This document shows positions 38,169 to 50,925 of a DNA stretch of 64,000 nt, in pieces. This stretch comes from Balanoglossus misakiensis (Eukaryota; Animalia; Hemichordata). Made by a program: the position numbers and the translations under genes. The stretch's first letter is position 1. The number at the start of each line of letters is the position of its first letter. The DNA lies in assembly GCA_040954595.2 (NCBI GenBank), contig CM082585.2, positions 6,659,808 to 6,723,807 on the forward strand, written 5' to 3'. The notes under the pieces were generated by a model. That model made no database searches, was not told the DNA's origin, and saw nothing but the letters and a program-made list of their open reading frames with translations.

Positions 38169-41100
38169 AACGTGTACAGCTGACACACATGAACGACAAT
38201 CATTTAAAATGTAAATGACTTCGCTGTAAAGATCGACATCAGAGTTTGTACTTGTCATGCGCTATGATCTCTGACCTCACATCCAGTCTGACATGGACGA
38301 TATGTGGGTGGTATCATTAAAGGTGCCGTGCGAGGAAAATTTTAAAACGCTACTTATGATGTTGAGACTCAGCTTACTGATCTGGTAAATAATATAAATG
38401 AAATGTTATCATGTTAATATTTTAAACCGCTTGATATTTCAAATATTACTCGGTGAACACAAATTCGACAGGAAAGATTATTTTCCCAGACAGCATGTCG
38501 AAGCTTTTTTTTTTGCAATCGCCTCTTAGTCAGTTCGCACTGTGTTGGCTAAGCTAAAACAGGTTTTGTCGACGGTGAGTCATATGGACAAATAGAATTT
38601 ACATGACGTTTCCATGGATACGTTGCCTGCATCCCTCCCAGGTTATCCCTTTCTTCATGGCGACCGTATATGAACAATAAAACCACAGATGGCGCTACTG
38701 TGGTTTGCGTATGCAAAATTAAGCACTTTCCATGATTTGTTTATACTGTGTGTGTCCCGAAGCGTTTCAGGTGAACGGCATTATCGAACATTTGATATTA
38801 AGGGAGAGGCAAATTGATGGGTTTATGGTGATAAAAAAATATTTGCCGAATGATATCCAGACCAAGACATATTCGGCTTACGTTGCCATGGAGATCTGTG
38901 ATGCGAGTCTGCGATTTCAGGACAGTGAGTAATATTCGGACCGCGGGAGTTCTTAGCACAGTGAAGGGTGGCAATGCTTCAACTTCATGCAATCCCAGTC
39001 TCAGTGCTATTACCTCGGAAGCCAAATCTTGACAGAAACTACCATCAAAGGCCTACCAATAATGCATCAAGCGTCTGATAATATCCCAATCTACAGATTT
39101 CTGCCGCGGTCATAGAACTTGATTGATTTTTATTTGTTCTCATGGAAGACATTTAGACCAAAGTTCGACTCAATTTTCTTGATTGAATTTGTTGGCACAG
39201 CATGGATATCTAATCCTTTCGACGATTTGGGCAGTTTAATCAGGTGTGTGTTTTCTTGAACGCGCCCTTGATGAAAGGAACCGGTCATGACAGATTGGTG
39301 ACCATGGCGACAGGGACCGACAGTTGATGAAGTAACTGAATATTCATTTATCCCGCCATGCAGGTTCCGAAACCTGCCTAAACATGAATGATCTGACAAT
39401 TTTTTTCTGACGCTATAAATTTACATCAACTTCAGCACACGGCTTTCCGTGCAGGTGACGACGCGACATGACGTAGTATGCTCATGCGCATGAAAGCAGA
39501 CCAGACAGACACAGTACACATATTTGGTCGAACGTTTTAAAATTAGTCGATTTGTATGTATGTACGATTGTTTTCCTATGCCGTTTGCATATGGGAAGTT
39601 CGTGTCTATGAGCATGACAAAATCTGTGACAGCGCACCGAAAAAATATGATATTAGTAGTTGCAACATTTTATCGCCAGATGCATCCTTTTAGAATGTTA
39701 TGCAAGATGGCGAATGCAATTTATACCTCGAGGCAGGTGCAACGAATATTCACTAAATTGTAAGACGAGATCGCTGATGGAAAATTAATGACGAGACTTG
39801 CTGTGTTGGGTTTGCACCGAATAATAAAGATTTGTAGGCACCTAGTAAAATACCGCGCCGCGAGAACGCTTTCAAAGAATTCTTGTCTGTTCCACTAGAA
39901 TAACCCATAACATTTTATACGTTTGAATACAATGTATGCATAGTCGTCCATTCACTTGTTAGTGTAATGGACATGGATAAACACGTGTCGTGGTGTATGT
40001 CTATCGCAATTCTTATCAAAATACATCATAAGAAACGTGTAGTGAACATCCTGTCAAGAACTGGAATTAGCCTCATTTATAAGTGCATTGCGTGACTCTT
40101 ACATACTAAAGAGCCGTTATAACGTTGCCGGTGAATATTGTCTGCTTTTCCGTACCCTCGCAGCGTTGAGGTATTTGTACCTGTTCACAAAGGAAATTTC
40201 AGTATCACTGCGCTTATTTCCTCGCACCGGTAATTATATTTCCACGGCGGATACCGTGTAATGAGTGATACAGTGACGTAAGCGAAAAGTGCCAAATGGG
40301 TGGGCATCGATTGAGCATGCGCGGTACGTGTTCAGGAACGCCTCAAGGTGGGCAATATGATCAGCCAGCGACAGTTACGTAACGATGGTAGAGTTTACCA
40401 GTAATAAATACGTAGGCCCTTTTATCCCAGTCGAGTTGCACAATAAAATAAAAACGAAATTAATATAATTTATATTATATTGTCGAGAAAATATAAAAGC
40501 ATGACAATTAAGCCATTGTTTTAACATATTATGCGCAGCTGTTTCAGTGTAAATACTCTAATTACTTCGGAAAAGTAAATTGAGATAGTGGAGAGCTGTG
40601 GCTTGTCAACTTTGGGTGCAGCCTCGCGTGTGGAGGTTGTTGAAAGTGTTGATGTACTCTTTTAACGGATAAACGTTAGCGAGGTAGGATTTCCGTGATC
40701 TCGCCACAGCTGTTGCCTGTGTCCGTCCTTTCATTTCAAGGATTTGTTGGTGGAGAGCTTGGATAATGGGACGAGTTAAAGTGGCAGTGAAAAGGATAGC
40801 TTCTCTTTGTTATTTACCATCATGCAAATAGCGGTCCCAGTCAACAGGTCTTTGACCTCTGCGGTGGTGACATCACGAAGACAGGGGCCTCGGAAATTGT
40901 TCTTGTTTCTATGGGGACCAGCCGTCCATCTATAGAAATGTTTTTAATTTAACTTCGTGTACCGAGGTCGGTGCTCTAACCCGTAACGTTTACTTTCCGT
41001 TTTATAATGATTGTACAAATTACCCGGGCAGAAAATTGTAAAATACCGAGCCAATTTGCTAGGCTGTTTCGACGGCCCAGAGACTTTGATGGCGGGTAAT

Positions 41101-42418
41101 TGCCATGACCCTGAAGTGTGTATTTTTACAGGCAGTTATGATGATACTGGGTGATTTGCACAATTGATAGGTCGTTCACAACTTCACAAGTGCAGTAATA
41201 GCGACTGCTCATGTTGTCTGTTGAAGTATACACACCCCGGCAATTACCGGCGAGAAAAGTTACGTGTAGTCAAAAAATTGGATAGTTCGTTGGTTTGCTG
41301 TTCAGGTAATTTGTTAATGAAGAATACAGCTGCATCGTTGAAACGACTTTTGTCCGCGCCGTCCGGGCAATTCATTAGTCCACAGTCCTTCAAGCTCTAT
41401 TTTAGAAAGTTCTTTTCACCGCAATTGCATTCAAGTCTTTACCGCCGAATACCGCTAAAAATACCGCACCCATACAATAGCTATCGTCAAAACTTGTTTC
41501 CAGCAACGCTTATCACCATAGCAACGTACTTCCTCGCATGGCAGTATTTCTGTATCGCAGAGTATGCATACCCACATACGTAACATTTGTTCAGTGCATT
41601 TACAAGTTTGGAGTAATGTAAACATATGTGTATCACAATCTGCATAAGATGACGTCATGCTTGCAACACTTGTTCTGTGAATAAATAATTAGCTTGCAAC
41701 TCCCGCCATTCCTCAATTTAGACCTGTCACAGAATTGATGACCAGTAGACTGACGTTAGAGATGTCAATCTTATGGCATAAGAATAAAAGTTCTTTGTAT
41801 TTCTTTTTTTTAAACTGCAACATGTTTTTAGCGTCTGTTGCACATTCCCAATTAATCTACACGATTTAAAAAAGAGAGAAATTTGAAAAAATGTCGTGTT
41901 GGGCAAAGCGGAAATCTATGCCCAGAATAGATTTATCTACCAGCCGAAATACGACGACATTTGAAATTCTATATTTACACCATGTAAATTTCCTAACACT
42001 GTGAGCATAGACAAATGCGTGTATATAGTGGTGTACGTTTTACTGGCAAACAACAGCGTGAAGGAAAATTGCATGAACGAGCATGATGATACAGTTTGTT
42101 TACTGTCAATTTATGAGGCATTTGACAAGTTTTCTTATGACACCATCATTTCTAAAATTCGACTTCAAACGATCGTCCCATTGTATGTTAGTTTCGTTTG
42201 TCTTTCTACGAGATATTGTCAGATAAGATCTGCATAATTGGATAATCTCCGGATTATTAATTTATAGCTTCTTTAAAAGAGCAATTATGTCAAAGCTTTT
42301 TAGTCAAGTGCATTTGTGTTTGACATTTATGCATAAATTATGAGCCTGGCCACACGCACCCACAAAATTCAAACCACGTTGCTTATTATCGGAAACCTCG
42401 CATATCTTGGATATTTAA

Positions 42419-42497
42419 AGGGGCGCGGCCGATTGTTTATGATTTACCGAAGGAAATGAAAAAAAATGATGACTGGAGTAAGCGACTGCCACGCCCT
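42419..42497. mobile_element. Short TTAA-flanked MITE (Kolobok/piggyBac-type ends), degenerate
   Basis: TTAA|AGGGGCGCGGC ... GCCACGCCCT|TTAA. Confidence 0.45.
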
Positions 42498-44379
42498 TTA
42501 ATGTTGAATATTTTATCTTATGTCAGATGTCCATTGTGAATTTGGACCTCAACATATAGCATATGTGAATCGACCTCTCGCGTTGATGAAATCGCTTATT
42601 GACATTTGCTCTTCGCTTGTCAAATTTATAGTCTCACCAACGGTTTAAGGCTCATCTCTGTAAATGCCCACATACCTGATATCGGATTAAGGCCGAACTG
42701 AATGTATTCGTAAGCCACATCACACAGAACCTTTCAGACATGCAAAACGCGACCTTTGACCCCCATGATTTCCGACTGAGCGTCTGAACAGAAACGAAAC
42801 GACACAGACGTACATACTGATCGAAAAATGTAATGTCTGCGGAGATATGCTCAGCGCATAAATAGACTTTGATCGATAAGTTTCATTTTTTTCAGTTGTA
42901 TCAAATAAGCGAAGAATGCAGACAACAGGCTTATTTCGGAGCCGACGATCTTCTGTATAATTTGCTAATTTATTCCATTATTTATACGTGACTCATTGCT
43001 TTTTACCTAAATAAACGGAACGGATAGTCACGCATTACACACGCATGATATGATCACAGACTATCACCATCATCAGCAAACCACGGTTAAATTTGTGATG
43101 TCGACCTTCAGTACCCAAATAGATGGAGCTAATATCGGTACTACCGTATGCATAGCTTAATTTACATATATATCCAAATTCCATCATAATAGAACCGCTC
43201 GTCGATGGAGCATGACACGACTCGTTGGCAAAATATAAACTATTTAGAACGAAATTAAGAACGAAAACGAGCACCCAGGCCGTGTTCGTATTAATAATTT
43301 ACCCTTTAACGTTATGCTAATTTTTCTTGGTATTTTAACATTGTAAATTTAACACTGACTCCCTTCTGAGAATGAAATAGCGATCTACATGTATTTTCCC
43401 TGTCTTTCGAATGATATATTCCGTCTCAGGCAAATTCCTCAGAGATTAAGCTTATTACTAGAACAGTGTTTTGTAGTTTGATGTTAATTTGCGTTTCTGC
43501 ATGGTCATTAGCAAAGGAAATGCATGTACAAACACACGAATTTAAATCATGATGATTTATAATTTATTTTAATGAAATATCTGACAGGGTTTTCTTATTG
43601 CCCGACTATTTTACGGTGTGACATAAGCTTACATGACCATCTGTATTGTATTGCAATCGAGTGTCGGTAGTTTACCGCGTGAGGGCGCGATATTGTCAGC
43701 AAAATGGCGTCCCGGGATAACCAGTCGTTTGGAAGCTCACGTAATACTAATACCTATTTGTCAACATTTTGGAATAATTTTGGACGAATCGTCTGTCGTC
43801 GATCGCAATTTATGAAACTATTTACAAAATTTGTCAAAAAATTCATCTTTGTAAACAAGTGTTTGTTGGCTTCGTAGTGCGATAGGAGAAATAGATACAT
43901 GTAGATGACGTCACTCAACCATATGGTACATGGATCCAACGGCGATTCGCAAAATGCTTTATTGTTTTGTTTGGCCAAAGCAATACTAATATAAGATGTA
44001 ACATTTGAAATGCTATACAAAGCTGCATTGTGAACTTTTTGATTTATTTCCCACATTCTGGCGAATCGCCCAGTATGTGTTCGTTTACAAGTGACACCGC
44101 ATATAAAGCAAATTTTCAAAACCACCAGTTTTTCAGATTCAAGGTTTCGGGATATATTGTTTCACCAGCCACATATTAATTATATTACATTCAAGTTAAT
44201 AATAGTGAAATATTTTATATTATATATGTGACCTCTGACCCAACTGTCGTCACAGATCTGTTGTTCAGTTTCATTCCGTGCCAACAATATCTCATATTTT
44301 GTATTTTGTCTAATTTTCAGGGGTTTTATTTTCTCACAAGTTTTTGATGATGCTTTAGATTTCCTGAAAGATATACAGA

Positions 44380-47300
44380 ATGAGTACGTTCAGCGAGAGA
44401 AACAACATGATGGAAAAACCCATTATTAACGGAGAGGTTCAGCACACCAAACCTCAACATGACCACTCCTCCTTTTCGAGTGAAGATGGCGGCGACTCGG
44501 ACAGCAAACCCATCCTTCCCAAGAAGGAGGAAGAAGCTGCCCTCAAGTTTTCGAACATGACATCCCGACAGAAATTTACGCTGGTCAGCCTTTCCATTAT
44601 GAAGCTGACGTCATCAGCCTCGTATTCAATCATCGCTCCTTTCTTTCCGAATAAGGTGGGTGGCAATCAGGAACCCCCTTTTATTAAATCGGCCATTTTA
44701 AGCTGTGTTCATAAAAAGAAAAACTATTATTTTTTTGCTTCGATTGTTCGATCACGGTACGTGCAGTTCCCCCCATTACAAATTTGGCATCTGTTTTTTT
44801 TTCCACAGGCCAATTCTGTTGGCGCCACTGAGACAGAAACGGGTTTTGTGTTCGGTGTGTATGCACTAACAATGATAATAACCGCTCCAATCTTTGGAAA
44901 ATTTGTGAGTATACCCAATTTTACACTTTTTTCAGTTATGTAGATTTACCATGATTGACAACAGCTTTAAACATTTTATCTAAAAATACTCGTCTATCAT
45001 GACTTTCAGGTTGGTGTTATTACCACGCTTTAAGCTGTACTTGGACATGACCCACTTTTAACTTTATATGTTTTCAGTTGCCTAAACTGGGCTCAAGAAA
45101 AATGTTTATTGGTGGAATGGCCGTCGGTGGTCTGGCCACAATAGTTCTGGGGTGAGTATGCAAACACAACGTACACCTACAGACCAAAACCCGCTCAAAA
45201 TACGCCAAAATATCCAAGGCCAATATTTCAAACAAATTGGATATTTTTTGTTTACAACTGTTGTCAGGACAAACGATAAGCATGTTACTGTCAGAGAAGT
45301 GTAATTTTCGATCCACAAGAAAACACCCCTCCCTATGTAATTACACCAATGTCCCGACCGCTACCCCATTATTGTTTTGTTTTATTATATGTATATGTAC
45401 TAATCGCCTGATGGAGCTATGCATTCAGTACATCCTAAGTGTGTATCAGAAACTTCCATATGACTCCTTAAAGTGACCCCATGATCCGCTTTAACGAAAT
45501 AAAGTTTGTTTTTCCTCTGCCACCAGCTACATGATGCGAATCATTATAATAACCCAAAGTATTCCCCCTGGCTTGTATTTTGTTTCTTGCAGTTTGCTGG
45601 ATGTGTTTCACGAACGTGCAGTGTTCATATCGCTGTCTTTTATATCACGAATCATTGAAGCGCTCGGCTGCTCAGCATGCATCACGGCGTCCTATGTTAT
45701 TATCGTGAATGAATTCCCCACTGGAGTCGCCACTGCTTCAGTACGTATGAAATTCTGTTATCCATTGGTTTGTGGGACGCACTATGTCGTTAACTTTGCG
45801 ACCCCTTTTACGGTTACTGATCTTTGCGCACGCGCGTTCTCTCTCCGCGCATAGCCAATCGCAAAGCCCACACACAGCAGTCTGCTAAATTAATCAATAC
45901 GATGAAATAGCTATAGTGGCAGCTGCTGTCCCACTAAGCTCATTGATGGAAACCCACTGTCCGGCGTCATCATCGGAGACACCCGAAAGGCCGCGAAGGT
46001 CAAATGTAACCCGTGATCGGCCTTGACTTGAAGTCACCAACAAGTCAGTCTAAGACAAACAAGTTGTGACGTTTATAGTATACGACAGAGATGCTAATCT
46101 AACCAAGCCCGTATTTTTGTTATTGCGGAAACTACCAATGTATTAAGGCTGTGCTTGGCGTAAATAAGTGACGCTGTTGTCACAAGACAGACATCGAAAT
46201 GCCATGCATTATATAAATATTATCCCCATATTTACCATATTAAATTTCATGCATTCTTTACGTAACTTACAACGCAGAGCAGGGCAAGGGGGTATGTAGC
46301 TTATACTACGTGCTCGACTTGCATTATTGATATTCGCGTTCCATTCATCAATATTTCTCGTGTATTTTCCTGTCAACAGGGAACAGTCGAACTATTTAAT
46401 GGTCTCGGGTTCATAATCGGACCTCCCATAGGTGGCGCCCTCTATGATGTAAGTCAGGTTGTGATTTTGTTTTCATCGTTTTATTTCAAGGCGTGGCATC
46501 ATTTGCATCACGTGAACAGAGTTGCATACTTAATCCTCATTTTTTTTATATCTCACCTATAGGCGGCGGGCTACATGCTTCCTTTCATGGTTTTGGGTGG
46601 AATCATGTTGATATTTACGGTCGTCAATTATTTCCTACTACCAATTCAAGAAAAGGGTAAGTGCGCATGTCCATACTCGTAGTTTGGGCGCGACAAATTG
46701 TATCATTATTTGGAGAAAAATACACTTCAATGTTATTTCCACAAATAGTTGCTGAAGTGTCTGTAGGATTTCTCTGGTCAAGTTCTGCAAGCAAAATTAA
46801 TGATTTCTTTCGTTCTTTTATTTTGGTTCACAGATGATTCGAAGATCGAGACCGGTTCACTACTTGATCTATTGAAGATCCCTGCCATTTTAATCACTGC
46901 CATGGCGACGTGTATGGGCGCGGTGGCGCTGTCCTACATGAATCCAACTTTGTCGCTACATTTAGCTCCGGTAAGAAAAACGCGAGTTTTATCAACAGCA
47001 ACAACCATTACAAACATCACTACCACCCCCAACAACAACAACAACAACAACAACAACAACCTTGTAACCTAGACCTCCATGTTCAACGTTATGATTTAAA
47101 TTTCTCTTCTCCGTTTTGTTGCAGTTCAATTTCAGCCGGACAGTAGTTGGACTGTTTTTCTTACTAGTGGCCGTGTGCTACGCCGTTTCAGCCCCTATAT
47201 GGGGATGGGTCTCTGATCGAAGAGGTGTGCATGTAAGTGAAACCTAATCATGATTGTTTGATGTCCCACAGATTTGACCCTGTTTATTGTCGATTTTTGT

Positions 47301-50077
47301 CAAAATGTGTTATAGAAATCATGAAAGAAAGCAACGAACGATGAAATGAAAATTCCCCCAAGCACATGAAAATGCGTGTAGTACTGTAAAATGGCCCATT
47401 TTGACTCAAGTTTCCTTGCTCTTTCTTAGGGTATTGCCAAGATCATAATGACTGGTGGTTTACTTGGGGCTTGCATAGCATACTTCTTTGTTGGACCTTG
47501 CCCAATCCTTGGAGTACCAACGTAAGTCTCGTGTTTTCTCGCGTGGTTTTGCCTTAAGGTAGAAAACGTTTTCTCGTATGTTGCTCAAGGTAACTTAAGA
47601 TTATTCTCTCTTAAAATTAATAAAAACATTTGGTGCAAAATTTTCATTGAGAGAGCAAAATTGTCAGATCGAAATGTTTGGAGGATCTATCAGTTCAATA
47701 TCATGGCAAATTTGTTTGGCACTTTGTAGGTATCCCTGGTTGGTCGCTGTATCTTTATCGGTGCTGGGTTTCTCACTGGCGGCAATTCTGGTTCCGATTT
47801 TACGCGCCGTTCTCGAAACAACCAGGTAAGAAAAAGACAGTGGCGGGTGAATGAGTGATGGACTATATATTTACTGTTTTGTGACGCAACATTTATACCC
47901 GAAGAAAACATTCGGTGTACCAACTTGCATATTTTTCTTACCCTTATCCCTTCGTCCTGACCTACAGAATGCATGGTCTGCAAGACAATATGGCGACGTA
48001 TGGTATGGTCTCGGGTCTATTTTACTCCATGTATTCCCTCGGGTAAGAAAATCAGTTCCTGTCAAATCTATTTTGTTTGTTTTTGTTTTTAAATATTTTT
48101 TTTCAGTTTCGTTCTGTATTACAGTGGTATCCGACCTCCTGCCCAGGTATATGCCGATAGTATTTAACGGACTCTGTATTGTCCTACACTGCAACGGCGT
48201 ATCTGTTGGCGGTTGCAACATGGAGTTTTGTAATTTACGGAATCGGTCATTCATAGATGTGATTCAGATCACGACGAACAGATTAGCACGTATGAATGTC
48301 TATTAAAAAGCACCGCTGGTAGAGGCATTAGTGAAAGCTAAACAAGGCGGCTGTATTGATAACATGTATACATAATTGGCATACATATTTGACATAAATG
48401 TTTATACGTATGACTGAAGGGGCAGCGACACTGGCTACATTATCTCCTTGCCCCTCAATATGATTAAAATCAGATGTAGAGACAGACGACGCTTTTGCCG
48501 TTGTTTGGTGTAGGCCCAATCTGATTAAAATCAGATGTAGGGAACGGCGACTTGGTTTTTTTATGTTGTCGCCTCACACTACATCTGACCAACTACAACT
48601 GGAGATCTCGCTGAACTCTCGCGTTCCGACCCGGCCAATCAGATTGCGTGTTGTGCCGACTAAAGAATTGCACTGGGAGATGGGAGAAATGTTGTTGTTG
48701 ACTTCGAGTATCGCACAGAATACGAAAGATTGGCTTTCTCTTGTGAACAATTACATGTAATCCCATGATATCTTTCTTTGTTTGGCGTCATCGTATGCGA
48801 ATGATTTTCGCAGAGCAGTGAAACGTCGAGCTGTAGCCATATACAAATGATGAACTGTCGCTGATCATTCATTAACTCTCCTAACTAGTCGTCATGTTCG
48901 CCCTCATAGTCATGCTGCCAGTCGGAAAATGACGTACTTCATGTAAAAGTTTATAAAAAATAAACCAAATTTCACTGCCATGTATCCCAAAACAATTTAT
49001 GTGACAGATTTTTAAAAAGAACGCTAACTTCGGCTATTGTCAAGTCATAGCTCCGCGTTCAGGTCTGTGTGTTCCCGACGCACCACAGCCCTGCATAAGG
49101 CCCATAGACAAAACTGGTGCGTCTGCGGTCCGGACCCGGACGCCCGACCGCAGCTTTTTCTGTCGAAATTCGATTTTATCGAAGCAAAATCCTTTCCCTG
49201 TCTACTTCAACCGACCCCAAATATGATGCGATTAACTTCTTCTAACGTCCGTGTAACGCCGGGAACACACAGACCTGCACGCAGAGCTAGTCAAGTCAGT
49301 GCAGCTGTGCAGTCGGTCGGTATACTATCGTGTATACAAACGATCGTGGCGACAGAATCTCTCCCTGGGACGGCCTTACACAAATGTAATCGATTCTCTA
49401 ACAATTTTACTGCGACTTGTTGCCACGTCTTATACATTTCGTTGACCGGTGGAATATAGAGGTTCAGTCGTCACGCTGAACTGGCTCGAAACCATTCCCC
49501 ACGCTGATTCGACTCTCGCGCCTGGGATATATGTCTGTGGTAACAACCGCAAGGGGCCAGGTCATGTGATTGTGGGTTGTCTATCATTTGCTATAAGGCG
49601 CCTTCTGATTGGATTAGAATCCCAGTAATTCTCGCGGAGTTCAGCGAGATCTCCAGTTGTAGTTGGTCAGATGTAGTGTGAGGCGACAACATAAAAAAAC
49701 CAAGTCGCCGTTCCCTACATCTGATTTTAATCAGATTGGTGTAGGCCTATTCGCGTTCTGTTGTTGTCGCCCGTCTCTGCATAGAACGACAGCATTTGAC
49801 AGTTAACAATCTTTTTTCCAGCATATTCGTTGGCCCTACTCTGAGTGGCGCGTTGACAGATCTCTATGGCTTCGGATGGGCGACCAGTATCAACTCACTG
49901 ATAATGTTCCTCATGGCCATCGTCATGTGTGCCTTCACCGTCCACACCCGAAAGAAGAAGTCAGAACCCGCCGAGGAATCGTCATCATCTTCGGATCCGA
50001 CGCACATGGGCTGGGTGAACCTGAAGGGAGTCGGCCATATTGAAACGAAGCCGGTCGCCGCACAGACCACCAACTGA
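44380..50077 (+). CDS. SLC18B1: MFS-type transporter SLC18B1-like, 12 coding exons
   Basis: Exons 44380-44655, 44809-44904, 45078-45151, 45593-45740, 46380-46448, 46563-46656, 46834-46970, 47125-47232, 47430-47521, 47730-47825, 47968-48042, 49822-50077 join in frame. Peptides include YSIIAPFFP, GFVFGVYAL, RIIEALG, GTVELFNGLGFIIGPPIGGALYD, TYGMVSGLFYSMYSLG and FVGPTLSGAL. Confidence 0.9.
47030..47060. repeat. (AAC)n microsatellite (another at ~32143-32169)
   Basis: Direct reading; intronic. Confidence 0.9.
48517..49738. mobile_element. Non-autonomous long-TIR DNA transposon (CAATCTG...CAGATTG), 9-bp TSD, in the last SLC18B1 intron
   Basis: Terminal inverted repeats of about 100 bp that look identical. 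TSD GTGTAGGCC at 48508-48516 and 49739-49747. No transposase ORF. Confidence 0.93.
49048..49289. mobile_element. Nested TAGCTC...GAGCTA MITE, 9-bp TSD, related to the 10255-10786 element
   Basis: TIRs of about 30 bp; TSD GTCAAGTCA at 49039-49047 and 49290-49298. It shares the internal motif CACAGCCCTGCA...CCATAGACAAAACTGG with the 10255 element. Confidence 0.9.
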
Positions 50078-50884
50078 CGGACGGACTGACACAAGATTTC
50101 AAACTTTTGGTGTTTCAGCGTCGTTATTCGCCCCACTGACTTCAAAAGCGATATTTACATAGTAGCGTGGCTCCTACCCGGTGTAAATTATACGAAGTTT
50201 GGTTTCCGTACGTGTAATTTTTGAACTCGAGAGCGAATAATTTTGTTTCGAACAGGGTGGGAAATGTTCCCCGTAGTGTAGAGTGGTCTCAGGGAAGCAA
50301 GACCATAGTAAAACAGAGACAGCCCACTTATATAAAGAAGGTTTTGAAATATTTCAACAAAATGTAAAAAAAAAATCAATGCAAAATGGATAGTACACAC
50401 AGTAAATGTTACGAGAGGCTGATGAAAACTTACCCGCACCCCCTAAAAAATGTGTCACAGCAAATTGAATAATCACAGTTAACCATTCACACTGCAACGC
50501 CAGTGAAAATATACACCAAAGACTGCTTTCACGTGTTCTAATCATGTAAATGTCTATATTTTGATCAAGATTATGTCGCTCTACTTATTAGAGTAGTATA
50601 TGTATCGGAGGTCAATTGTTATGTGTATATACGTGTATAGAGTTCGTCTTTTATGAATTAGATATTAGAAGTCAACTAGTATTTCATGCCATTTCGCCGC
50701 ACGATTTTACGAGTGTAATTATACTGAATTGTTTTCGCACCTATAAAATATAAAAAGCCAAGTCTGTCAGAAATAACTGCACGATAAAATGTGATCACGG
50801 CCCAGTTAGATTTCTTTCCGCGCTCAAGACACTGACCATCATGGCCGTCCAAAGTTAATGTAAAGGAAAATTGTCTCTAGTCGG

Positions 50885-50925
50885 TTACCCAGACTGCTGT
50901 TTTACGCGAAGAGCAGTCTGGGTAA
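50885..50925. repeat. 14-bp-arm hairpin, probable tiny MITE remnant
   Basis: TTACCCAGACTGCT ... AGCAGTCTGGGTAA. Confidence 0.7.
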
